DNA of 64,000 bases. Source: Frankiales bacterium. GTDB taxonomy: Bacteria > Actinomycetota > Actinomycetes > JAFAQI01. Both the position numbers and the translations under genes were made by a program. Every line of letters begins with the position of its first letter. Position 1 is the first letter of the stretch. The DNA lies in contig JAICXJ010000011.1 in the NCBI GenBank assembly GCA_025980465.1, positions 11,056 to 75,055 on the forward strand, written 5' to 3'. Shown here one piece after another: positions 28,501 to 37,598 of the stretch. Below the pieces are notes generated by a model. It worked only from the letters and a program-made list of their open reading frames with translations. It searched no databases and had not been told where the DNA came from.

Positions 28501-28796
28501 GAGATGCCGATCCGGATCGCAAGTGGGACGTTGCTCGAGCCGCGGTTGTGGGCCTCCGCTGCCTGCTGGATCGCCTCCGCTGCCGCGAGCGCGGCGGTCG
28601 TGCTGTCAAACGCCGCCATGACGCCGTCGCCGAGATTCTTCACCTCGCGACCACCGTGCTGGTTGATCGCTGTGCGTAGCAGCGTGAAGTGAACGTCGCG
28701 CAGTTGATCGGCGTCGACCGCGTCGAGCTGGCTCGATGTTGCGGTCGAGCCGACAAGGTCGGTGAACATGACCGACACCGTCCGCGTCGTGGACAT
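25530..28796 (-). CDS. Class III nucleotidyl cyclase domain - STAND/AAA ATPase - TPR-like repeat protein
   Basis: 1088 aa. Cyclase motifs VMFTDLVGST, KNLGDGVMAAF and GDPVVEASRL. P-loop GEPGIGKTT, Walker B VVLLDDIQWAD, and a long helical-repeat C-terminus. No HTH seen. Confidence 0.85.
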   Translation of the reverse strand: MSTTRTVSVMFTDLVGSTATSSQLDAVDADQLRDVHFTLLRTAINQHGGREVKNLGDGVMAAFDSTTAALAAAEAIQQAAEAHNRGSSNVPLAIRIGISLGEVVEDDSDYFGDPVVEASRLCAVAAGGQILTTRLVELTAGRRTTQQLQPVGRRELKGLPEPVDVVEVVWAPAAVVSAEIAVPLPARCQLAPDSGVIGRAREFDELTAAFKHAAEGSRRVAMLGGEPGIGKTTTSCAFARQAYAQGAIVLFGRADEDLGLPYQPWVEVLRHLIDHAPAALGPVLARHQTSLSRILPQLDSVAPVARDEDAEAARYVLYEAVREVLASAASLAPLVVLLDDIQWADGPSLALLRHLISGDEPLSLMVVATFRESEVSSGHPLADLLAWLHRQNGITRLSLRGLDDSELLALMETAAGQDMDADGLSLRDALLAETDGNPFFVTELLRHLVETQAIYQQDDRWVASVDLRTSGLPVSVQEVIGRRVNRLGSEPAEILAVAAVIGPEFDLATLTAVTSAEEDAVLGVIETACEARLLTELGPEQYRFAHALVEHSLYDSLSPTRRARLHRRIAELIEADEAQRHERVGELANHWAKATAPADAAKAVEYAVLAGERALNRLAPDEGLRWFTQAEESLAACGSAPDERLTTRVLIGLGEAQRQLGLPAYRATLLEAANRAEQIGATELLVRAALLNNRGFMSSVATAVDRERVDVIEAALRAVGETEAPERARLLALLAAENSLAADLDEQDARVATAVDIARRSGDPRTLASVITTGYLAIDVPETLVDRMTLIDEALSAARECGDLVLQFWATNFKAYTLYQTGEIEAAHALHDDVPERIGQPMLRWIRGHSEATYLTMIGDLAGAYAAAAAAHRIGEETGQPDIALYYLAQFGQLKMLQGDGEGLVEVMVESARESPHVQSITACLARILCTLGRHDEALAALRQLIDGREVRFRNDLLRLGSEILCAEVVAELGLQDSASALYPRLLPFADRFDYDGVQSWGSVSEALARLAAVQGLAVADEHFTEAIATYERVGAAYFLARTQIYYGQWLMRRTGRADAKKGSHLVEQGLLTAQERGYPLLERIALG

Positions 28797-28918
28797 CGCG
28801 GCCCTCCCCGCTGACTTCCCCCGAGCTAATAATGACCGGTTTTGTGCTGGAACACCTCAGTTCGGGCAGATCACGCGTTCGGCCCGCCGTTTGTCGTCGC
28901 GAGCGTTAGCGTTCACCT

Positions 28919-31900
28919 GTGGCGGCGCAGGTGTGCACGGCGTGCGGGACGTCCAACGCGGACGGGGCGAAGTTCTGCAGCGAGTGTGGTCAGCCGCTGG
29001 TAGCCGCCTGCCCGCAGTGCGGGACACCGGCGCTGGGCGGCCGGTTCTGCAGTGAGTGCGGAACGCCGCTGGGATCCGCAGCCGCACCCGCTCCCGCGCC
29101 CGCTACTGCCGCGCCGGCGCCCGAACCGATCGCGGAACGCCGGGTCGTCTCGATGCTGTTCGGTGATCTGGTCGGATTCACTCCCATTGCCGAGAGCAAG
29201 GACCCAGAGGCGGTCCGCGAGATGCTCTCGGCGTACTTCGACCGAGCCCGCGCAGTGATCGAACGGTACGGCGGGGTGGTCGAGAAGTTCATCGGTGATG
29301 CCGTCTTCGCGGTGTGGGGGTTGCCCGCCGCGCGGGAGGACGACGCGGAACGCGCGGTGCGTGCCGGCCTCGACCTGACCAGTGCGGTGACCGCGTTGGG
29401 CGAGGAGCTCCGGATTCCCGAGCTGCAGATGCGGGTCGGAATCACGACCGGCCAGGTAGCGGTGACCCTCGGCGCGGTCGGCGAGGGGATGGTTGCGGGC
29501 GACGCCGTGAACACCGCGGCGCGGGTGCAGTCAGTCGCCGTACCGAGCCAGGTCTGGGTCGATGACACCACCCGCTCGCTCACGACTGCCTCACTCGCCT
29601 ATGAGCCGATGGGCGCGCATGAGTTGAAGGGGAAGGCGGCTCCGGTCGAGCTCTTCCACGCGACCCGGACGATCTCGCTGTCGGGAGGTGAACAGCGCGT
29701 CGACGGCTTGGAGGCTCCGTTCGTCGGCCGCGACCGCGAGCTACGGATGGCAAAAGAGCTGTTCCATGCAACCGTGGAGGAGGGCCGGCCACGACTGGTT
29801 CTCGTCGCCGGCGAGCCTGGCATCGGCAAGTCGCGGCTCGGGTGGGAGTTCGAGAAGTACGTCAGCGCGATCCCGACGACGACGACCTGGTGGATGCGGG
29901 CGCGGTGTCTGTCCTACGGCGAGGGCATCGCCGGGCGGGTCATCGCGGAGCTGTTCCGGTACCTGTTCCGGCTGACCGACGCCGATGACGACGTCGCGGT
30001 CAGCGCAGCGCTGGAAGAGCGGCTCGCTCAGCACGTCGCCGACGAGGATGAACGTGCCGTCCTACGACCGCGGATGGAGAGCCTGCTAGGACTCAGTGAC
30101 CAGACCTTCGAACAGTCCGATCTGTTTGCCTGTTGGCGCCGATTCCTGGAATCGCTTCCGGAGGAGTCGGCGCCTGCGGTCACCCTGGTGATTGAGGACT
30201 TCCAGTGGGCCGACGACGGGCTGCGGCTGTTCATCGAGCATCTGCTCGAGGCTGCCCAGGCGGCGATTCTCGTCTTCGCGTTGGCCCGCCCAGAGGTGAT
30301 CGAACACCATGCCGGCATCGGGGTGGGCCGACGGGCGACGACGATCTTCCTCGAGCCGATGGCCGACGCCGCGATGGCGCTGCTACTCGATGGGCTGGTG
30401 ACGAACCTTCCCACCCCGCTACGCCAAGAGCTGGTGAAGCGGGCCGAGGGAATCCCGCTGTACGCCGTCGAGACGGTTCGAGCCCTGATCGACCGTGACG
30501 TCGCGGTGCCCTCGGGTGGGCGTTACGTGATCGATGAGGCTCAGGCCGAAGCCCTCGACCTGGCCGCGCTCGGTCCGCCCGCGAGCCTCCAGGCGCTGCT
30601 CGCTGCCCGGCTCGACGCGTTGCCGGAGGACGAGCGCCGGGTGGTGCAGGACGCCAGCGTGCTGGGGCTGACCTTCACGGAAAACGGAATCGCAGCGCTC
30701 AGCCCGGAGGGCATCGACCTCGAAGCCGTTCTGGCCTCGCTTCGACGCCGCGACATCCTCGGCGTCGAGAACGACCCACGATCGCCGGAGCGCGGTCAGT
30801 TCCGATTCGTCCAGGCGTTGTTGCGCGGGGTCGCCTATGACACCTTGTCGCGTCGTGACCGCCGGTCTCGCCACCTCGCCGTCGCGACGTACCTGGCGAC
30901 CCAACCGGATGCGGACAGCATCGCGGGCGTCCTGGCGACGCACTATCTCGATGCCATCGAGTCGATGCCCGATGCGGACGACGCGCCGGAGCTGAAGGAG
31001 CGCGCCGTCGCCTTGCTCGAGCAAGCGGCGCAGCACGCGATGGCGATCGGGTCCCCGGCCCTCGCGCTCTCCTACCTCGCTCGCCTGCTCGACCTCGATC
31101 CTGCGGATGATGTCGTGGTCCGATCGTGTCGCAGCGCGGCGCACCTCACCGGCCGGATCGGGGCTGATGTCGACCGCGGCCTGGCCTGGTCGGAGCGCGG
31201 AATCGAGGCCGCGACACGCACCGGCGCCGAGGACGAGTTGCTGTGGCTCAAACTCGGCACCTGCCAGCTGCTCCTGATGGTCAGTCGGGGAGATGAGGTC
31301 CTGTCGCTCGCCCAAGAGGTGCTGGAAGCATCGCGCGGTCGCGCCGAACGAGTTGGCCAGCTTGCGATGGCCGCGCGACTGATCAGCATGTGCGCGCAGA
31401 ATCTCGGCGACGTCGCGCTCGCACAACAGGCGTCCATCGACGGCCTCGCGGACATCGAGCGGTTCGGCACCGACCAGGACTTCGCCCTGTTCCTCGATTC
31501 GTTCGCGATGTGGTTCGGGCTCGCGGGATTCCGCCGGATGGGAACGTTGGTGCGACGAGCCGCGGTAGCCGCCTTCGACAGCACCGCGTCGACGAGTTCC
31601 GTCGGCGTTGCGCCGCTGATGAACCTCGCCACGCTTGTCGTCCACGACAATCCGCGTGAGGCGAAGGCCATCGGGTTGGAGGCGCTGTCCGTTGGCCGGC
31701 GGATTGGATCGAGTGTGGTCGCCACCCACGCCCACTTGGTGGTCGCGTACATAGGTCTGGGTGAGTGGTCCGAGGCCCGCGACCTGCTGTCGGTAAGACG
31801 TAGCGACGGGCTGTCATCCCTCGTTGAGTGGGAGACCTATCTTTCCGTCGGCGCAGGTTGGCTTGCCTGGGGCTCAGACGACGCGGAGCTGCTCCTGCCG

Positions 31901-32455
31901 CCGCCGGCTTTCGAAACGGTGGACGCGGTCGTCAACGGCTGGCAGTTGATGACTGAAGCGGTGGCCGAAGCCTTCCACGGCGCTCTTCCGGCCGGCGCTG
32001 CGATCGCCGCCCGCGCGGTCCGGCGTACCAGCGAGTTCGAACTCGCGAATGAGGATGTGCCGCTCGTCTTCGCCTTCGCCGTCGACATGCTCATCGCGGC
32101 AGGCGGCATGCAGGACGAGGTGCGGGGCCTTGTCGACCTGCTCGATCAGATCCCAGCCGGACAGCGATACCGGCTACTCGAGGGCACGTTGCAACGCGCG
32201 CACGCCTACCTCGCCGAATCCCCGGTCGAGGGCCTGCGCACCGCCGTCGCGATCTTCGACCAGATGGGGGCGCCGTACTGGGCGGCGCGAGTTCGAGTGG
32301 AGTTGGCTGCAGCGCTCACCGCGGCCGGTGAGCCAGGTGCGGCCGATGTCCTTGATGCCGCGGAGCCGATCTTGATCGGCGCCGGCGCGAACCGTGCGTT
32401 GCGCGAGCTCGCGCAGGTGCGGGAAAGTCTGACCACCACGGCCGTTCTCAGTTGA
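28919..32455 (+). CDS. Double zinc ribbon - class III nucleotidyl cyclase - STAND/AAA ATPase - TPR-like repeat protein
   Basis: 1178 aa, GTG start. Zinc ribbon CTACG..CSECG..CPQCG..CSECG. Cyclase motifs MLFGDLVGFT, KFIGDAVFAVWG and GDAVNTAARV. P-loop GEPGIGKSRL and Walker B LVIEDFQWAD. Confidence 0.85.
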   Translation: MAAQVCTACGTSNADGAKFCSECGQPLVAACPQCGTPALGGRFCSECGTPLGSAAAPAPAPATAAPAPEPIAERRVVSMLFGDLVGFTPIAESKDPEAVREMLSAYFDRARAVIERYGGVVEKFIGDAVFAVWGLPAAREDDAERAVRAGLDLTSAVTALGEELRIPELQMRVGITTGQVAVTLGAVGEGMVAGDAVNTAARVQSVAVPSQVWVDDTTRSLTTASLAYEPMGAHELKGKAAPVELFHATRTISLSGGEQRVDGLEAPFVGRDRELRMAKELFHATVEEGRPRLVLVAGEPGIGKSRLGWEFEKYVSAIPTTTTWWMRARCLSYGEGIAGRVIAELFRYLFRLTDADDDVAVSAALEERLAQHVADEDERAVLRPRMESLLGLSDQTFEQSDLFACWRRFLESLPEESAPAVTLVIEDFQWADDGLRLFIEHLLEAAQAAILVFALARPEVIEHHAGIGVGRRATTIFLEPMADAAMALLLDGLVTNLPTPLRQELVKRAEGIPLYAVETVRALIDRDVAVPSGGRYVIDEAQAEALDLAALGPPASLQALLAARLDALPEDERRVVQDASVLGLTFTENGIAALSPEGIDLEAVLASLRRRDILGVENDPRSPERGQFRFVQALLRGVAYDTLSRRDRRSRHLAVATYLATQPDADSIAGVLATHYLDAIESMPDADDAPELKERAVALLEQAAQHAMAIGSPALALSYLARLLDLDPADDVVVRSCRSAAHLTGRIGADVDRGLAWSERGIEAATRTGAEDELLWLKLGTCQLLLMVSRGDEVLSLAQEVLEASRGRAERVGQLAMAARLISMCAQNLGDVALAQQASIDGLADIERFGTDQDFALFLDSFAMWFGLAGFRRMGTLVRRAAVAAFDSTASTSSVGVAPLMNLATLVVHDNPREAKAIGLEALSVGRRIGSSVVATHAHLVVAYIGLGEWSEARDLLSVRRSDGLSSLVEWETYLSVGAGWLAWGSDDAELLLPPPAFETVDAVVNGWQLMTEAVAEAFHGALPAGAAIAARAVRRTSEFELANEDVPLVFAFAVDMLIAAGGMQDEVRGLVDLLDQIPAGQRYRLLEGTLQRAHAYLAESPVEGLRTAVAIFDQMGAPYWAARVRVELAAALTAAGEPGAADVLDAAEPILIGAGANRALRELAQVRESLTTTAVLS

Positions 32456-32468
32456 TTGCGAGGGTGTC

Positions 32469-33722
32469 ATGACGACACCACACGCCGCGACCGCGGCCGA
32501 ACTCTTGTCGACCCCCGAGGCGTGGGCGGACATGGTGCGGTGGCACCAGTTGATGGGTGAGATCCGGCGCGATGTTCCGGTGGTGCGGCTGGAGCCGGAG
32601 GGGTTCCTGCCCTTCTACGCCGTACTGCGCTACGCGGATGTCGCCGCCATCGAGCGGGACGCCGACCTCTGGCTCAACACGACTTTCTCGGTCCTCGGTC
32701 TCGAGGCGGACAAGCAACGGCTGATCGACTCCGGCCTGCCGCTTCCTCGGACCCTGGTCCACCTCGACGGGGTCGACCACCGCGACCATCGCCAGGTCGC
32801 CAACGACTGGTTCAAACCGGGCTCGGTGAAGAAGCGGCAGGCGCGCATCGACGAGATCGCCGACTCCTATATCGACCGGATGCGGGAGCTCGGCGGTGAA
32901 TGCGACTTCGCGAGGGACATCGCGCAACCGTTCACTCTCCGCGTGATCATGGAGATCTTCGGCGTACCGGACAGCGACGAGCCGCTGATGCTCGAGCTCA
33001 CCCAGGGCATGTTCGGTGCCGCCGACCCGGAGTTCATGGGCGACGTCGGTGATCCCGGCGAGGTGTTGATGAACTCGATCATGAAGTTCATCGAGTACTT
33101 CAATGCGATCACGACCGATCGGCAGCAGAACCCCTCTGACGACCTCGCCACTGTGATCGCGAACGGCGAACCAGGCGGTTGCCCGATGGGCGACGCGGAG
33201 CGACTCTGGTACTACATCATCATCGCGACTGCCGGCCACGACACCACGTCATACGGGCTAGCCGGCGGCGTCGAGGCGTTGCTGCACAACCAGGATCAGC
33301 TGTGGGATCTGCGCGGTGACGACTCGCTCGCCGAGACCGCCGCTCTCGAGGCGATCCGCTGGACTGCGCCGGTGCGCCACTTCATGCGGTATGCCACCCG
33401 TGACACCGAGGTCGCCGGCGTACCGGTCGGGGAGGGTGAGCGGGTGTTGCTGTGCTATCCGAGCGCCAACCGCGACGAGACGGTGTTCGACGAGCCCGAC
33501 CGCTTCGACGTCCGTCGGCCGAACGCTGACCGGCTGCTGTCCTTCGGCGGCGGCACCCACTACTGCCTGGGCTCGCAGTTCGCCCGGCGCGAGATCCGCA
33601 CGATGCTGTCCCGCCTTGCCGCCCGGCTCGAGAGCATCGAGCAGTCAGGGCCGGCGGAGTGGTCGCACTCCTACTTCGTCTCAGGCGTGAAGCATCTGCC
33701 GGTCACCTACCGGTTCCGTTAG
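32469..33722 (+). CDS. Cytochrome P450
   Basis: 417 aa. Heme-binding loop FGGGTHYCLGSQFARRE, I-helix AGHDTTS, and the ExxR region. Confidence 0.9.
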   Translation: MTTPHAATAAELLSTPEAWADMVRWHQLMGEIRRDVPVVRLEPEGFLPFYAVLRYADVAAIERDADLWLNTTFSVLGLEADKQRLIDSGLPLPRTLVHLDGVDHRDHRQVANDWFKPGSVKKRQARIDEIADSYIDRMRELGGECDFARDIAQPFTLRVIMEIFGVPDSDEPLMLELTQGMFGAADPEFMGDVGDPGEVLMNSIMKFIEYFNAITTDRQQNPSDDLATVIANGEPGGCPMGDAERLWYYIIIATAGHDTTSYGLAGGVEALLHNQDQLWDLRGDDSLAETAALEAIRWTAPVRHFMRYATRDTEVAGVPVGEGERVLLCYPSANRDETVFDEPDRFDVRRPNADRLLSFGGGTHYCLGSQFARREIRTMLSRLAARLESIEQSGPAEWSHSYFVSGVKHLPVTYRFR

Positions 33723-34173
33723 CTCGGCGCATCACGGGTACGACGGTCGCGGCGAACGCTCCACTGATGGTCAGTCCGGCTGTGACAACCAGTGGTGGGA
33801 GCAGCCACCAGCTCCATTCCACGGCGGCCCAACCGCCGAAAACCAGGATGGCGCCGGAAACCAGCGACAGCAGCCCGCTCCCGATCTGCGCGACGACCGG
33901 TGCGCCGTCGCCACCGAGCGGGACCACGAGCATCAGCGCGAGCCGCCTTGCCCGGCGGTGCCAGGGCACCGGAGTTACCGGTTGACCCGAGGTGGCTGCG
34001 GCCATTCCGGTCGCGATCATGAACGCGACCGAGATCAGCACCCCGGCCGCGATGGTCGTAGGCCCGGCAGTCGACCAGCCGAACCGGTGGAGCAGATAGC
34101 CGGCGTCCGCCATGACGGCGCCGGCGGCAAGCGTCAGGATGACTACCACCACGAGTGGCCTGCGGCGGGGCAC
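33703..34173 (-). CDS. Hypothetical integral membrane protein
   Basis: 156 aa with four or five hydrophobic helices. No family recognised. Its 3' end overlaps the P450 3' end by 20 nt. Confidence 0.45.
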   Translation of the reverse strand: MPRRRPLVVVVILTLAAGAVMADAGYLLHRFGWSTAGPTTIAAGVLISVAFMIATGMAAATSGQPVTPVPWHRRARRLALMLVVPLGGDGAPVVAQIGSGLLSLVSGAILVFGGWAAVEWSWWLLPPLVVTAGLTISGAFAATVVPVMRRANGTGR

Positions 34174-34210
34174 GGCTCATTGAAGCGGGTTGTGGAGGGA
34201 TGAGGAAACG

Positions 34211-34648
34211 ATGGCTGAGGACGCGCTCTCCGAGGAGCAGCAGCAGAGCCGCCGAGCGGCGGTCGCGGAGATCATGCCCGCGACGCCGTACCTCGCTGGC
34301 CTCGGGGTGCTCATCGAGCGGTACGAGCCGGACTCGGTGACGCTGCGGCTGCCGTTTCGGGCTGATCTCACCAACGACGGCACCTACTACCACGGCGGCG
34401 TTATCGCGGCCGTTATCGATACGGCCGGCGCAGCGGCCGCCTGGTCGAACCACGACTTCAACAAGGGCGCCCGCGCGTCCACGGTGTCGATGTCGATCCA
34501 GTACGTCGGCGCCGCGAAGGCCTCTGACCTGATCTGTCATGCCCGTGCCGTACGCCGCGGCAAGGAACTCACCTTCACGGAGATCACCGCGACCGACGCC
34601 GAGGGTGGGGTCGTGGCCCACGGGATCCAGACCTACCGCATCGTCTAG
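34211..34648 (+). CDS. PaaI-family (hotdog fold) thioesterase
   Basis: Segments LGVLIERYEPDSVTLRLPF and YHGGVIAAVIDTAGAAAAW. Start at ATG 34211 after GAGGAA; the track start is 34190. Confidence 0.75.
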   Translation: MAEDALSEEQQQSRRAAVAEIMPATPYLAGLGVLIERYEPDSVTLRLPFRADLTNDGTYYHGGVIAAVIDTAGAAAAWSNHDFNKGARASTVSMSIQYVGAAKASDLICHARAVRRGKELTFTEITATDAEGGVVAHGIQTYRIV

Positions 34649-34662
34649 CCCGAGGCGCGTCC

Positions 34663-36120
34663 TCAGCGGCTCGGCAGCCGCCGCGCCGCCGCCGCGACTC
34701 CGGCGAGCAAGGCCGCCAACGCGCCCAGGCTGAGCTCGAACCCGTGAGCGACCGCGTGCGGCGTGTTTGCGGCTGCGGCGTGAAAGAAGAGCAGACCGAT
34801 CAGCGCCACCCCTGCGGCACCGGCGACCTGCTGAATCGTCGACAGCAGACCGGACATCCCGCCGGCCTGCTGCGCGTCAGCTCGCGACAACACGATCGCG
34901 GTGATGGGTGCGAGGCAGCAACCCATCCCGGCGCCCGCCAGCAGCAGTCCCGGAGCCAGTGCGGCGATGTTGTCGCCGGCGCCGACGACCGCGACTAGCG
35001 TCGCGAGGTGCCCGGCGACGAGCAGGGAGGCGCCGGCGACGATCACGTTGCGGCCGTACCTGGCCACCATCGCTGCGGCCTTCATCGAGGAGAGGAGGTA
35101 CGCCGCGGCGAGGATCGAGAAGACCAGTCCGGAGCCGAGCGCGGACAGGCCGCGACCCACCTGCAGGTACAACGCCAGGACCAGGAAATACGACGCCTGA
35201 CCGGTCCAGAACCCGAACTGCGTGACGATTCCGAGTGCGAAGTCACGGTTGCCGAACCATGCCGGATCGATGAGCGTCGAGCCGGCGGCTCGGGCCTGAC
35301 GACGCTGCCACCACACGAACTCGCCGAGAAACACCGGTGCGGACGCGAGGGACGCGATGCACCACGCCGGCCAACTTTCCGAACGGCCGTCGATCAGCGG
35401 CAGCACCAACGCCGCCAGCCCAACGGTGGCGAGGACGAGGCCGATGACATCCACCCGCTGCGCCTGCTCCGCGCGCGACTCCGGCAAGCAGCGCCGGACG
35501 GTCGCCAGGATGACGACTCCCACCGGCACATTAAGCAGGAAGACGCTGCGCCATTCGAGGCCGGCGATGTCGAGACGCAGCAGCGCGCCACCGACGAGCT
35601 GGCCGCCGGCGGCCGCGAGACCCATCACCGTGGCGTAGGTGCCGACCGCCCGTTGCCGCTCGGCGCCGTCGTACATGCTCGCAATCAGCGCGAGCACGGT
35701 CGGGCTGATCATCGCTCCGCCGGCGCCCTGCACCAGCCTGGCGACCACCAGAACATCAGGGTTCGGCGCGACTCCGCACGCCAGCGAAGCGAGTGTGAAC
35801 AGCCCGACCCCGGCGGTGAACATCAACCGGCGCCCGATGCGGTCGCCGATCCGCGCTGCGGTGATCAGGAACACCGCGAACGTCAGTCCATAGCCGGCGA
35901 CGACCCATTCGATGGCCGCCGAGCTCGCATGCAGATCAGTCTGGATCGACGGCATCGCGACGTTCACGATGAAGAAGTCGAGGACGATCAGGCAGGTTCC
36001 GGCCAGCAGAACGGGAAGCGCAAACCGGCTGCGGCTCCGGGTCGGTGGGAGCGGTTGCAGCTGCGCCGCGGTGTGGGCGGCCCGGCGGACGGGGACGGGA
36101 GCAACGGCGGTCTGTGTCAT
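34663..36120 (-). CDS. MFS transporter, DHA2 (EmrB/QacA-like, 14-TMS) family
   Basis: 485 aa with many TM segments. MFS motif A-like segment GDRIGRRLMF. Divergent from the MerR regulator gene. Confidence 0.85.
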   Translation of the reverse strand: MTQTAVAPVPVRRAAHTAAQLQPLPPTRSRSRFALPVLLAGTCLIVLDFFIVNVAMPSIQTDLHASSAAIEWVVAGYGLTFAVFLITAARIGDRIGRRLMFTAGVGLFTLASLACGVAPNPDVLVVARLVQGAGGAMISPTVLALIASMYDGAERQRAVGTYATVMGLAAAGGQLVGGALLRLDIAGLEWRSVFLLNVPVGVVILATVRRCLPESRAEQAQRVDVIGLVLATVGLAALVLPLIDGRSESWPAWCIASLASAPVFLGEFVWWQRRQARAAGSTLIDPAWFGNRDFALGIVTQFGFWTGQASYFLVLALYLQVGRGLSALGSGLVFSILAAAYLLSSMKAAAMVARYGRNVIVAGASLLVAGHLATLVAVVGAGDNIAALAPGLLLAGAGMGCCLAPITAIVLSRADAQQAGGMSGLLSTIQQVAGAAGVALIGLLFFHAAAANTPHAVAHGFELSLGALAALLAGVAAAARRLPSR

Positions 36121-36147
36121 GCACCCGTTGTCAGGTCTCCGGTAACA

Positions 36148-36211
36148 GGAGGGTCAAGGGTGATGACGAAATTGTTCTCTCGGGTTGACCCTCCAGCAGG
36201 GGGAGGGTTGA
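36148..36211. promoter_or_regulatory. Candidate MerR operator: three copies of a 10-mer in alternating orientation
   Basis: GGAGGGTCAA (36148-36157), TTGACCCTCC (36185-36194, its exact reverse complement) and GGAGGGTTGA (36202-36211). All lie in the 101-bp MFS/MerR divergent spacer. Confidence 0.45.
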
Positions 36212-36221
36212 GGCTGTCGCC

Positions 36222-37037
36222 ATGACCACCGCGAACCTCACCATCGGCGACTTCTCCAAAATGACGTACCTCTCGGTGAAGGCGCTGCGTCACTACCACG
36301 ATGTCGGCGTCCTGGAACCGGTCGAGATCGACCCGTCGAGCGGATATCGGTTCTACTCGCCGAGCCAAGTTGGCCTGGCGCAAATGGTGCGGCGCCTGCG
36401 TGACCTCGGCATGCCGCTGGACGACGTTCGCACCATCGTGCAGGCGCCCGAGCCCGCCGAGCGCGACGCGGCCTTGGTCGCGCATCTGCATCGAATGGAG
36501 ACTCAGCTCGAACAGACCCAACAGACCGTCGCGTCGTTACGCAGCCTGCTCCAGGAACCCGGCGAACAGCGGGTCGTCGTACGAAGGGAGATTGCCGCGA
36601 CGCCTGCGTTGGCCGTCACCGAAATCGTCAACGCCGCCGACGGTGTGGCGTGGTGGATGACAGCCTTCGCCGAACTTCACAAGGCCGTCGCGAACACCGG
36701 CGTCGTCAGGGCCGGTGAGGACGGCGCATTGTTCGCGGCCGAGTTCTTCGAGGACGAGGCGGGCGAGGTGACGGTGTTCGTGCCGATCACGTCCGCGCCG
36801 GAACACGCTGTGCTGCCACCGCGAGTGGCCGCAGTCGTGGTGCCAGGCATCAGCGCCGCGACGACCGTGCACGACGGGCCGTTCGGCGATCTCGACCGCG
36901 CATACGGCGCGCTCGGCAAATGGGTGCTCGAGCAAGCCACTGGAGCGGACGGTCCGATTCGGGAGTACTACACACCGACCGGTGATCCGCAGGATCTGCT
37001 GGCACACACGACAGAGGTGTGCTGGCCGGTGCGGTAA
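36222..37037 (+). CDS. MerR-family transcriptional regulator with C-terminal effector-binding (GyrI-like) domain
   Basis: 271 aa. MerR HTH IGDFSKMTYLSVKALRHYHDVGVLEP, a coiled-coil region, then a roughly 150-aa C-terminal domain. Confidence 0.85.
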   Translation: MTTANLTIGDFSKMTYLSVKALRHYHDVGVLEPVEIDPSSGYRFYSPSQVGLAQMVRRLRDLGMPLDDVRTIVQAPEPAERDAALVAHLHRMETQLEQTQQTVASLRSLLQEPGEQRVVVRREIAATPALAVTEIVNAADGVAWWMTAFAELHKAVANTGVVRAGEDGALFAAEFFEDEAGEVTVFVPITSAPEHAVLPPRVAAVVVPGISAATTVHDGPFGDLDRAYGALGKWVLEQATGADGPIREYYTPTGDPQDLLAHTTEVCWPVR

Positions 37038-37046
37038 AGGGGCGGG

Positions 37047-37598
37047 TCAGTGACAGTGGTTAGCGAAGTCCATCACGTTCCACTGTGTCTGCTGACCGTG
37101 CCAGGTCACTGTCACAGTGGCGATCCCGACGACCGTGTAAGAGCTGTCGAGAATATTCGCGCGGTGTGGCGGCGAGTGCATGTACGCCGAGAACAGCTCG
37201 CCGGCATTACTACCGCCCTCAACGCCGACGTTCTCGCCGAGTGCCGTCCAGTTCGGGCACACCCGCGACACGTCGGCCACGAGCGCCGGGTTGTGCTCGA
37301 GCACACCGGTTGCTGCTAGGTGCCGCGCCCAGAGCCGGGCGACGTGATGCAGCTTGTGAATCATCGTGTACGAGTGACGGGCGTTCGCCGCGCGTGCGGA
37401 GTTGACCCGATTCAGCAGCGAGTGGTCGTAGGCGCGAATCCGAAAGTGACCATGCACGGCGGTGGTGGAGATCCGCGCCGATGCGTAATGCGGGGCGGTT
37501 GTCGCGGACGCGCCCGCCGGGGCAACAGCAACAGCAGCAGCGCATGCGAATGCGACGGCCGTCACGAGGCCGCGTACTCGGGCACGATGCGTGGTCAT
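37047..37598 (-). CDS. Secreted CAP/SCP-domain protein
   Basis: Start set at the internal ATG (MTTHRARVRGLVTAVAFACAAAVAVAPAGASA, a signal peptide). CAP-like segments NRVNSARAANARH, GENVG and MHSPPHRANIL. The upstream 106 codons of the track ORF look non-coding. Confidence 0.7.
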   Translation of the reverse strand: MTTHRARVRGLVTAVAFACAAAVAVAPAGASATTAPHYASARISTTAVHGHFRIRAYDHSLLNRVNSARAANARHSYTMIHKLHHVARLWARHLAATGVLEHNPALVADVSRVCPNWTALGENVGVEGGSNAGELFSAYMHSPPHRANILDSSYTVVGIATVTVTWHGQQTQWNVMDFANHCH

